This document shows, in pieces, positions 18,003 through 27,092 of a stretch of 64,000 bases of DNA. Within the stretch, counting starts at the first letter, position 1. Each line of letters opens with the position of its first letter. The notes under the pieces were generated by a model. That model did not search any database. It had not been told where the DNA came from and saw only the letters and a program-made list of their open reading frames with translations. Source of the stretch: Candidatus Omnitrophota bacterium (lineage in GTDB: Bacteria > Omnitrophota > Gorgyraeia > Gygaellales > Profunditerraquicolaceae); assembly GCA_043813255.1 (NCBI GenBank), contig JBDRLG010000126.1, positions 2,882 to 66,881 of the forward strand. Direction: 5' to 3'. The position numbers and the translations under genes were made by a program.

Positions 18003-18868
18003 AGATCTTTAAAGGCAATTAATTTTATATTTGATTTTTTAATTAATTCTTTTAACTCGGGGCTAATTAAGGCATTTAACTCTGCTTCTCTGGAATTATT
18101 TAAATAGTATTTTTCTGTATTCAACGGGTAATTATCCCATTCCTCATCAATATATCCGGGATGGCACATTATTTCAATAGTCCCATTTTTTAAATCTAGC
18201 AAGACTTTTTTAAATTCAGAAATTATCGCATTGCTATCAATCCGGGAAATTCCGTAGAAAAAATCCGTAGTTTTTAAATCGCATTTCTGAATAGATAATC
18301 TATTTTGTTTAGAAAATATATTAAGAAATAAATTATTGTAAAATTTGTTTGTGAAAATTCCTGAAGCCCCCAAGATATTACGATAAGGAATTTTATTAAT
18401 ATATCTTACCTTAGAAATGCCATATTCTTTGGCTATTTTAATCGTGGTGTCAAATATGGGTTTTATCAGGTGTAAGTGCTTTTCGCTATCGAGATGAGTG
18501 ATTGAGATATTTTTTTTTAGTAGTTTCTCTATCTGGGCCCTGCATTCCGATTCTAATTCTTTGAAGTCTAAATTTCCAGCATAAATGGAATAGAGAAAGA
18601 TAAAAATATTATTGAAAAAAGAACCTTTTTTCGTAAGGCTTTTTAATTTCAAAGCAGGTAAAATAGGGTTGCCTCTAAATATATTCAAATGAATTCCTAC
18701 TGGTAATTGGGGATTCTCAGTTATTAAATCCACGGCATTATCAAACCCTGGCATATTTGGTAATAATGAGGTATTAGTTAATATACCTTCTTTAAAGGCT
18801 TTTATTATGCCTTTATTTATACTTTTGCTTAAGCCAAAATCATCAGCATTAATTATAATTTTCCGCAT
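17999..18868 (-). CDS. YdjC/ChbG/HpnK-family carbohydrate deacetylase
   Basis: IINADDFG, GIHLN, THLDSEKHLH, EIMCHPG. Confidence 0.92.
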   Translation of the reverse strand: MRKIIINADDFGLSKSINKGIIKAFKEGILTNTSLLPNMPGFDNAVDLITENPQLPVGIHLNIFRGNPILPALKLKSLTKKGSFFNNIFIFLYSIYAGNLDFKELESECRAQIEKLLKKNISITHLDSEKHLHLIKPIFDTTIKIAKEYGISKVRYINKIPYRNILGASGIFTNKFYNNLFLNIFSKQNRLSIQKCDLKTTDFFYGISRIDSNAIISEFKKVLLDLKNGTIEIMCHPGYIDEEWDNYPLNTEKYYLNNSREAELNALISPELKELIKKSNIKLIAFKDL

Positions 18869-18897
18869 TATATAAGATCGATTTTAATTTGATGCCC

Positions 18898-20316
18898 TTA
18901 AGTATCATTTTTATTTGAGAATAACCATCTTAAAGCCACTTTAATATACCTAAAAAATTCATTTTTCGATTTTGAATTTATGACTCTTTTTAATATGTAT
19001 GATGGCCTAAAGTAAAATTCTCTATAAAATCTTCCAGCTAATTTTTCTATTTCATTTTGCGTTAATGTTGTCCATGGGGTTGGAAGGCGTTTTTTATCCA
19101 GGTCTATTTTATTTAAAATATATTCTTTCCAATAATCAATACCTGTTGTTTTAATTAATAATTCATTTAAATCGGTATTGGGCTTAGCGATAGTACGACA
19201 TACCTGAATGAAATCCAGTTTCATTTTTTTAGCAAAGTTTATTGAATTTAAAATATCTTTTTTTGTCTCTTCCGGGCTGCCAATAATAAAAAATCCCAAT
19301 GTCTTTATTTTATATTTGTAAGTCAGGTTTATAATCAGGGGTATTTTTTTTGTATCAATGCCTTTATTAATTGTATCCAGTATCTTTGTAGAAGCAGATT
19401 CTATCCCATAGTAAATTTTTTTGCATCCTGCTTCAGAAGCTTTCTTTAAAATATCCTCATCTACAACGTCTATCCTTGACCTGCATGACCATTCAATTTT
19501 TATATTTCGTTTTAATATCCCTTCGCATATTTTTATACCCCGTAATTTGTTTATAAAAAATGTGGCATCAAAAAAATCGATTTCTCTTGCGTTGTATTTA
19601 GTATAGCATTCTTCTATTTCATCTAAGATATTTTCTACACTTCTTTCCCTGTAAGGAATTTTAGAAATAGCGCAAAATTTGCATTTATGAGGGCATCCGG
19701 TGCTGGTAAGCATAATAGTATAATTTTTACGTTGAGACGTAAAAGAATAATAAAGATGATTTGGTAAAAGATGCCTGGCTGGAAAAGGGTATTCATCAAA
19801 GTTGATCGTTTCTTCAGAAGGAGGATTTATTATAAGCGTATTTTTGTCTTTATAAATAACCCCTTTTATATCTTTAAGGCTGAGCTTATTTTCTATTGCG
19901 GATATTAATTTTGGTAATGATTGATTTGCTTCCCCTATAATGCCATAATCAAAACAAGAGTAGGATAAAGATTCCTTTGGATATAAATTGATATTAATCC
20001 CTCCTGTTATTATCTTGACGTCCATATTTGTTTTGAAAAAACCAGCCCATTCAACTACTCTATGAAACCAATAAGTATCAGCCCGAAAGCCAATAATATG
20101 CGGATTGAAATCTTTCAAGATGTTTAAAGTTTCTTCTTTGGTTAGTTTTAAAGCATTGGCATCTATTATAATTACCTTATGCCCCGCTTTTTCTAATATA
20201 GCCGCGACATATGCTAAAATTATAGGCGGGGCTAAACAGAATTCTTCATCTACTATTTTTAAATTTTCGGAGAACTTCCGGTGTTCAAATGGGCAGTGAA
20301 TTAAGGCTATTCGCAT
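18898..20316 (-). CDS. B12-binding radical SAM enzyme
   Basis: N-terminal B12-binding domain, PFPARHL, STGCPHKCKFC, YGIES. Confidence 0.9.
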   Translation of the reverse strand: MRIALIHCPFEHRKFSENLKIVDEEFCLAPPIILAYVAAILEKAGHKVIIIDANALKLTKEETLNILKDFNPHIIGFRADTYWFHRVVEWAGFFKTNMDVKIITGGININLYPKESLSYSCFDYGIIGEANQSLPKLISAIENKLSLKDIKGVIYKDKNTLIINPPSEETINFDEYPFPARHLLPNHLYYSFTSQRKNYTIMLTSTGCPHKCKFCAISKIPYRERSVENILDEIEECYTKYNAREIDFFDATFFINKLRGIKICEGILKRNIKIEWSCRSRIDVVDEDILKKASEAGCKKIYYGIESASTKILDTINKGIDTKKIPLIINLTYKYKIKTLGFFIIGSPEETKKDILNSINFAKKMKLDFIQVCRTIAKPNTDLNELLIKTTGIDYWKEYILNKIDLDKKRLPTPWTTLTQNEIEKLAGRFYREFYFRPSYILKRVINSKSKNEFFRYIKVALRWLFSNKNDT

Positions 20317-20337
20317 TATTTTTACCGTATTATTTAA

Positions 20338-21324
20338 TTAAAGAAGGTTGATTTTTATTATATTAAGGATAGTATCCAGGTTAAATTGAAATAAATAATT
20401 AAGTTCGATAAAAGATGCGCACCAGCATTCTTTGCAAGTAATATAATTTAATTTGTCAAAAGAATTTTTAAAACCAAGTTCTATAACATTAGGAACGTTC
20501 TTAGAAATTATAAAATTTCGGCCACAACCATACATATCTCCATTTGGTTGCAGCCGGCATATAATTAAGCTATTCACGCATTTGATTTTTGTAGGATTCG
20601 GCCAATTATAAAGATATTTTAATCCTGTAATAGAATTAACTATATAGTTATTCTTTTTTTTCTCTAAAATAAGATTATTAATTGTTCTTTTGTAGTCAGT
20701 TTCTTCAGAAATAACCGGATTCATTTCTAATCCTGCAAGTGTACGTAATCTCGCGGGTTGGAAACTAACAGGAATTTTAAACTCTTTTGCTTTATTTAAA
20801 ATAAATTCAATTTTATCAAGATTAAATTTAGATAAAACAGTATTAAACCTGAGTTTTAGTTTTTTCTTCTTAGCTATTTCTACGGCTTCCATTATATTAT
20901 TGTACGAGCCGTTTCCTCGTATAAAATCATGAATTTTCTCCGGCCCATCAAAACTTAAAGTTAATAGATCAAGTCCGGTTAGTTGGTTAATTTTTTCTTT
21001 TACGAGTGAACCGTTAGAATTTATGTCGATTACCACATTATTTTTTTTTGCATGTTCAATGATTGTTCCTATATCATCTCTTAAAAGGGGATTTCCTCCT
21101 GTGAGATGCAGTACCTGTGTACCCGACTGTTTCATCTCAGTTATTAAAGATAAAATTTTCTCTGTTTCCATTTCAGTCGTTTTCATTTTCCAGCTATCGC
21201 AATATAAACACCTTTGATTGCATCTATATGTCAGCAACCAGCTAACAATTACGGGAGATCTCTTCTTTAATAAATTTGCTTCTAATAGTTTAAATGCTAT
21301 TGATATTTTTTTAGTTGTTTTCAT
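20338..21324 (-). CDS. Twitch-type radical SAM enzyme (paralog 1 of 4)
   Basis: CNQRCLYC, SFDGP..HD..RG; C...C...CKECWC. Confidence 0.9.
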   Translation of the reverse strand: MKTTKKISIAFKLLEANLLKKRSPVIVSWLLTYRCNQRCLYCDSWKMKTTEMETEKILSLITEMKQSGTQVLHLTGGNPLLRDDIGTIIEHAKKNNVVIDINSNGSLVKEKINQLTGLDLLTLSFDGPEKIHDFIRGNGSYNNIMEAVEIAKKKKLKLRFNTVLSKFNLDKIEFILNKAKEFKIPVSFQPARLRTLAGLEMNPVISEETDYKRTINNLILEKKKNNYIVNSITGLKYLYNWPNPTKIKCVNSLIICRLQPNGDMYGCGRNFIISKNVPNVIELGFKNSFDKLNYITCKECWCASFIELNYLFQFNLDTILNIIKINLL

Positions 21325-23353
21325 TATTTTTTTTTATATATATAGCTAAATTAAGTATGTTTCTTTGATTTTCGCTAAGAGAATGCATCCTAAGGTAGTT
21401 ATTTTTTTTAATTCTATCAAGCTTTTTGAATTCTTTTAATTCAGTATTTTTAAAATGGAAATGTTCAGATGCGTATTTATAGTTAATTTTAGCGATATTA
21501 TTGAATTGTGATAAGGCTTGCTCAGGCATCCCTTTAATTAAATAAAGAGTTGCTAAATTTAGATGTGCGATAATGCAATTATGGTTAAGTTTTGTAGCGT
21601 CATTATAACTGCCAATAGCGGCAGATACATTGAAACCTTCGCCAAATCTTAAATAATCTTTATTATGTTCATAAAGATAGCCAAGAAAAAGATTTGAAAT
21701 ATATAAAAATATTTTGTCTTTAGTTAATCCAAGGGTTTTTTTAAGTTCTGCGATTGCTTTATTTTTAAAATCCATATTTGGATATTCAACTGCCAATTTG
21801 TTATAAAAAAAGGCGAGCAAAAAATGTTTCCAGTCATAATTATTGTTTAGATTATTAAGTCTTTGGATAATCCGAGGCACATAATTCTTGTCTATATTAT
21901 CTATTTCTAAAACATCTAAAATTTCTTTTATTTCTTTGTTTTGATTAAATGTTTTATATCTATTTAGGACTTCATCAGGGGCATCAAAACTAAAACAAGT
22001 AGTTAAAATATATAAAATATGAATTATTGTTTCATTTCTTTTTTCTTTTGTCAGATAATCTTCTATAGTATCAATATAGAACCCTTTTATGTCATAATCA
22101 GTGATACGCAGGATTGATTCTATCATCTGGATATCTAAAGTTTTTGGTGAATATACATATAAAGGCTCCATTTCAAAAAAATTTTCAGGTGTTATACCGT
22201 TTTCTATGGGTTTTATTTGATATAAGAATAAATATAACGCTAATTTCTCATTAAGGTTGATAAATTTTCTTTTAAAACTATTAATTATTTGTTTGAACTT
22301 AGCTATATTATTTAAATAATAACAGTCTGGAAATCCAAATTCTTTTATAGTGTTTCTAACAGTTGGCGATATTATAACTTGTATATCTTTTTGAGAATTT
22401 AATGTTTTCCAGTTTAATAATTTTCTTTTTTCTTTTTTTATGTCATTCTTTAACTTTTTACATATTTTAAGTAAATAATTGTCTTTGGCCTTTCGCGGTT
22501 TAGACGGCCATTTTAATCTACAGTTTCTTAAGCTGGATAAATATCGATAATATTGCTCAAAATTATACATTAAATTGTCTTTTCTTTCAATTAATAAATC
22601 TTTGTATTCAGCGCAGATAGATAGTGTTTTGAAACATCCATTATCTATATTTCGGATGTAGTTTATTAATTCAAAACTTTCGGCAAAATCAACAGGTATG
22701 TTTTTATTAATGTAGGCTTCCCAGAAACTACTATAATAATTCTCTTTATTTTTCGTGTTAAAGTCATTAATTAAGGTTTCATTTATATATTTAGATGAAA
22801 AAATATTATATTTATTAATACTAATAATCTTATCTTTGGTCAGCAAAAATTGGCTTGGGTCACATTCAAATATTTCTTCATCTGCAATCAGCCAATCAAT
22901 TATCTGCTGTTTTTGGATATAATTAATCTGTTTTTTGGAAAGGTTATTTATGCTAATAGTTGCTAAACTGTTCAGGGAAGGAATAAATTCTTGTATGATC
23001 CCTCTCTCTTTTTTTCCATTGACCGGTAACGTTATTTCATAGCATAAAGGCACTTTTTGTCCGCACAAGGATAACAGTTTGTATGTTTGGTCTAAGTTTG
23101 TATTTGATTTGCCGATTTTAAAGAACCACAATCTTTCATCTTCGCTCTTAAGTATGAATTTTGCGTTTTGTCCGCTCAGCATAGGTTGTTTATCAATTAA
23201 TGTGAAAGTCAATTTTTTAAATATTTTATCAGACAGGGATTTTTTTTCTAAAATTAAATTAATTGCTTCTTTTTCAAGCTGGGAATTGTCAATCCTATTA
23301 CAGCCAAAATTAGAAAACATAAGAATTAATATAAGTATTTGGATAATTTTCAT
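21311..23353 (-). CDS. Probable lipoprotein with kinase-like N-terminal region and C-terminal TPR
   Basis: MKIIQILILILMFSNFGC lipobox-like; WFFK, GIIQEF, DWLI; TPR-like AHLNLATLY. Confidence 0.6.
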   Translation of the reverse strand: MKIIQILILILMFSNFGCNRIDNSQLEKEAINLILEKKSLSDKIFKKLTFTLIDKQPMLSGQNAKFILKSEDERLWFFKIGKSNTNLDQTYKLLSLCGQKVPLCYEITLPVNGKKERGIIQEFIPSLNSLATISINNLSKKQINYIQKQQIIDWLIADEEIFECDPSQFLLTKDKIISINKYNIFSSKYINETLINDFNTKNKENYYSSFWEAYINKNIPVDFAESFELINYIRNIDNGCFKTLSICAEYKDLLIERKDNLMYNFEQYYRYLSSLRNCRLKWPSKPRKAKDNYLLKICKKLKNDIKKEKRKLLNWKTLNSQKDIQVIISPTVRNTIKEFGFPDCYYLNNIAKFKQIINSFKRKFINLNEKLALYLFLYQIKPIENGITPENFFEMEPLYVYSPKTLDIQMIESILRITDYDIKGFYIDTIEDYLTKEKRNETIIHILYILTTCFSFDAPDEVLNRYKTFNQNKEIKEILDVLEIDNIDKNYVPRIIQRLNNLNNNYDWKHFLLAFFYNKLAVEYPNMDFKNKAIAELKKTLGLTKDKIFLYISNLFLGYLYEHNKDYLRFGEGFNVSAAIGSYNDATKLNHNCIIAHLNLATLYLIKGMPEQALSQFNNIAKINYKYASEHFHFKNTELKEFKKLDRIKKNNYLRMHSLSENQRNILNLAIYIKKNNENN

Positions 23354-23370
23354 GAAATAACTTTCTAAAA

Positions 23371-24597
23371 TTACCTAAAATTATTCAGTATATCAGCTAT
23401 ATACTTAATTTCTTTAGGATTTAAATAAGAATGAATAGGAATTTGTATGCTGTTTTCATATATTTGTTCACAAATAGGATATCTAGAAATATCACCATAA
23501 AGAGCAGCTACATTTCTCATGACATATTTGCCAGTATCAATTCCATTCTGCAATAGATATTTAGATAATTTATTCCTATTTTCAGATAAAAGGATATAAA
23601 AATAATAAATTGATCCCGGAATGCTTTTTATTTCTGTGTCTAATATGTCTTTTTTTAGGTATTTTTGTAATATTTTGATATTTTTAATTCTGTTTATATT
23701 TGAATAATCCAGTGATTTTAGTCTTAATAAAGCTATTGCCGCTTGCAGATTAGTTAAAAGCCTGATTTCAGTTTTTTTGTTCGTTATTTTTTTAAATGTT
23801 TTATTAAATGATATTAATAACAAATCTCTGTCACTGAAAAAAGAATTAATTAATAAAATAGGATAAATGAATAAACTGAAAATAAATTTATTGGCAGTTA
23901 TTGCTATTAGCCAAGTAATAAGTATTTCTTTTAACAAAATATTTAAACTGATTGGCTTACAGGAAGATAGATCTTTTTTTATTTTTTTAGCCGAGATTTC
24001 ATTATTACAAGCTACGCATCCTCCTCCGTAACTATGAAAATGTTTGGTAGAATTAAAGCTGAAATAAGAAAAATGCCCTAAGGAACCTGCTTTCCGTTTA
24101 TTATTTAATACTGCTCCCGGCGCGTGAGCACAATCTTCAATCACATAAATACCATGTTTATTACAGAATTCTAATAATTCTTCAATATCACAGATACTGC
24201 CGAAAATATGAGTGATTATAATTGCCTTTGTATTTGTAGTTATTTTTTTCCTTATCTGGTTTATATCAATGTTAAAGTCTTCTTTTCTGATATCACAAAA
24301 AACAGGTTTGAGCCCTTCATTGATAATTGCCCAAGGCACGCTTTCGTCAGTATAAGCAGGCAGTATTATTTCACTGTCTTGAGGAAAATTTAAAGTTTTT
24401 AGAATGAGGCGTAATGCAGACCTTCCGGAAGAAACTGCAAATACGTATTTTGTGCCTAAATAATCTGCAAATTGCTGTTCAAATAAAGCTGCATTTTGTC
24501 CTTTTATCGCTTTACCTGATAAAATAGTCCAGATAACTTTTTGTATTTCTCCTGTTATAATACTAATTTTTCTACGGGGAATTGGGTATATAAGCAT
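23371..24597 (-). CDS. DegT/DnrJ/EryC1/StrS PLP sugar aminotransferase
   Basis: SSGRSAL, IEDCAHA, SFNSTK (Schiff-base Lys), GGG. Confidence 0.9.
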   Translation of the reverse strand: MLIYPIPRRKISIITGEIQKVIWTILSGKAIKGQNAALFEQQFADYLGTKYVFAVSSGRSALRLILKTLNFPQDSEIILPAYTDESVPWAIINEGLKPVFCDIRKEDFNIDINQIRKKITTNTKAIIITHIFGSICDIEELLEFCNKHGIYVIEDCAHAPGAVLNNKRKAGSLGHFSYFSFNSTKHFHSYGGGCVACNNEISAKKIKKDLSSCKPISLNILLKEILITWLIAITANKFIFSLFIYPILLINSFFSDRDLLLISFNKTFKKITNKKTEIRLLTNLQAAIALLRLKSLDYSNINRIKNIKILQKYLKKDILDTEIKSIPGSIYYFYILLSENRNKLSKYLLQNGIDTGKYVMRNVAALYGDISRYPICEQIYENSIQIPIHSYLNPKEIKYIADILNNFR

Positions 24598-24602
24598 ATA
24601 TT

Positions 24603-25598
24603 TTATGTTCTTCTATAAATTTGTTTTAATGAATTAAATATAGAATCAAATTTAAAGCTGTAAAGAAAATTGAGCTCTATCTGAGCCGCGATCCAGCAAT
24701 TTAAACAGCTATAAGGTTCTAAACTTAAAAAAGCATTTTTGATTCCTTGATGAGAAATATTAATATCTTTTTTATTGGTCTCATCACCGCAACTTTTTAT
24801 AAATCCGTTATTTTCTATTCTGCAATAAATTTTTCCTGCGGCGCATGGTATTTTTGTCGGTTCTGGCCAGTTTAAAAAATGTTTTAAACAAAGTAAGGAA
24901 TTTCCTATGTATGGATGTTTATTTAATTTATAATTAATTAAAGATTGAATAATTTTTTGGTAATTATTTCTTTTATTTAATAATATTTGATTGGTTCTCC
25001 CGCTGCCACGGTTTAATATCCTCGCGGGTTGAAATACAGTAGCAATTTCAAGTTTTTTTGCCAGTTTTAAAATAAATTCTATAAAATCAAGATTAATTTC
25101 TGATAATACTGATGTGAATTTTATTTCCCATCCTTTGTTTTTTGCTATTTTTATTGCTTCCATAGTGTTTTTGTAAGCTCCTTTCCCTCTTATGCTGTCA
25201 TGAACATCGGGTGGGCCGTCTAATGAAAGGACAATCCTGTCTAAACCGGTTATTTGTTTTGCCCTGTCTGATAACAGATATCCACTGGTATTAATACTGA
25301 CATAAATATTCTTTTCTTTGCAATAATTTAGGATTATCCCTATATCATTTCTTAACATGGGTTCTCCGCCTGTAAAATTTATAATCTTTGTTCCCGCCTT
25401 TGTAAGCTGGTCTATAAAGGAGAGAACAGCTTTGGTGTCTAAATCCTTAGTAGGAACTTCATTTACTCCGCAGTAAAGGCAATTATAATTGCAATGATAT
25501 GTTATAGCCCAGCTGACAAAAAAGGGGATTCTTTTTTGTAATAATTTAGTTTTGATAAACAAGTCATATCCGGCTTTTAAAATATCAAATTTTTTCAT
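24603..25598 (-). CDS. Twitch-type radical SAM enzyme (paralog 2 of 4)
   Basis: CNYNCLYC, TGGEP, SLDGP..HDSIRG; PCAAG...C...CLNC. Confidence 0.9.
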   Translation of the reverse strand: MKKFDILKAGYDLFIKTKLLQKRIPFFVSWAITYHCNYNCLYCGVNEVPTKDLDTKAVLSFIDQLTKAGTKIINFTGGEPMLRNDIGIILNYCKEKNIYVSINTSGYLLSDRAKQITGLDRIVLSLDGPPDVHDSIRGKGAYKNTMEAIKIAKNKGWEIKFTSVLSEINLDFIEFILKLAKKLEIATVFQPARILNRGSGRTNQILLNKRNNYQKIIQSLINYKLNKHPYIGNSLLCLKHFLNWPEPTKIPCAAGKIYCRIENNGFIKSCGDETNKKDINISHQGIKNAFLSLEPYSCLNCWIAAQIELNFLYSFKFDSIFNSLKQIYRRT

Positions 25599-25607
25599 TA
25601 ATGATAA

Positions 25608-27092
25608 CTATTGTTTTGTTTGTTCTGGAAGCATAGCTTCGCAAATGGTATTAGCAGCATTTAATGCTATTAAGTAATAGCCTTTGGCATTACAATGTCC
25701 ATCAGGAATAAAATATTCACTGTAATGGCCGTATTTTAAAGCATCCTTAAATATTATCAAATTATCTATGAATAGAATGTCGCTATATTCCGCGCACATT
25801 TTTTTAATCCCCTCTATATCTGAAAGAGGGTAAGACATTAATAGCAGGGGTATATGTTTATTGTTTGTAATTTTATAAATAATATCGATATTACTGCGAA
25901 GAACTTTATTATTTGTATTTTGGATTTTCTGGATTTCTTCAAAATATTGTTTAGCCTGAGGGTACCTGTTTTGTTTTTTATAACAATTAACTAACTGCAG
26001 GTACGCAAAATCATTTTCCGGATTTAATTTTATCACATCTTTATATAAATTTTCTGCTTTTACATATTGTTTTGTTTCCATATATATATCTGCCAATTCA
26101 ACCCATGCTTTTTCTGCTGAAGGAGTAGATTCTAAATATTTCTTATAGCATATTTCTGCTTCATTATATTTTTTTTGGCATTTGTAACATCTTCCCAGAT
26201 TTTTATAAATTGTAATAGATTTTGGATAAAACGCCAGTACTTTTTTATAATATTCTTCAGCCCGGGAATAATTTTTTAAAAATACATAACAATCTCCTGT
26301 CATGCTATAAGCTTTCTTGGCATAAATTAAATTCAGGTTTGTTGCAGCAGTATACATTTTTATAGCTTTTAAATATTCACTATGGTGCCTGTATAAATCT
26401 CCTAAATTCATATAATCATTGGCATCTTTTGGACCTTTTTTAGATATTATTTTCATGCCTGGTTCTTCTTTAGAAGTATTCTCTTTTATTGTATCAGTTT
26501 TATGGGGAATTAAAGTAATACTTGTTTTTTTTGTTTTTAATTCATCTGTTTCGGTTTTTTTGTTCACAAAATTTGTCCATAACCATTTCGCTAGTTTATA
26601 TATTCTCATTTTAAATAAATAAAACCGTATTTTATTTATCGAAAAATATTTAGAAGATAATGAAGTATATTCACTTGTATTTGCCCATTCGTATTCATGT
26701 TGTCTTAGTAATAGAATTATCATGTCCGGAGAATATTCTTTAATAGCATTAATTATTGAATTTGGCAGTTCTGGAGAAGAATAGCCTCCGGGAATCCCTT
26801 TATTAATAATTTTAAAACTTTTTCCCGGGTATTTTTTATTTAATATCTTTTCAAGCTGGCTGGGATAATCTTTGCCTATAGGAGCTCCTACTCCATATGT
26901 AAAAGAATCTCCCAGACATAATATGCGGTATGCAGAAGTATCGGAGACTTTATTTTTGTATGATTGTACTTGTAAAAGAATATAACCTATTGTTCGTAAT
27001 CCAAATTCCAAAATAAATAAACTTAGTATTAATCCGAATAGGAATAAAACTATTTTTTCTTTATTTGATGTAAAAACCTTCTTTTTAGCCAA
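25608..27092 (-). CDS. Membrane-anchored SGNH-family protein with inserted TPR array
   Basis: N-terminal TM, CLGDSFT, about 5 TPRs, C-terminal PDGHCN. Confidence 0.8.
   Translation of the reverse strand: MAKKKVFTSNKEKIVLFLFGLILSLFILEFGLRTIGYILLQVQSYKNKVSDTSAYRILCLGDSFTYGVGAPIGKDYPSQLEKILNKKYPGKSFKIINKGIPGGYSSPELPNSIINAIKEYSPDMIILLLRQHEYEWANTSEYTSLSSKYFSINKIRFYLFKMRIYKLAKWLWTNFVNKKTETDELKTKKTSITLIPHKTDTIKENTSKEEPGMKIISKKGPKDANDYMNLGDLYRHHSEYLKAIKMYTAATNLNLIYAKKAYSMTGDCYVFLKNYSRAEEYYKKVLAFYPKSITIYKNLGRCYKCQKKYNEAEICYKKYLESTPSAEKAWVELADIYMETKQYVKAENLYKDVIKLNPENDFAYLQLVNCYKKQNRYPQAKQYFEEIQKIQNTNNKVLRSNIDIIYKITNNKHIPLLLMSYPLSDIEGIKKMCAEYSDILFIDNLIIFKDALKYGHYSEYFIPDGHCNAKGYYLIALNAANTICEAMLPEQTKQ

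Noticed and set aside
17235-21324. True hopanoid hpnHIJK operon
   Set aside because: No shc or hpnCDE/G in the window, and the GT2 is ArnC-like rather than HpnI-like; kept only as an analogy
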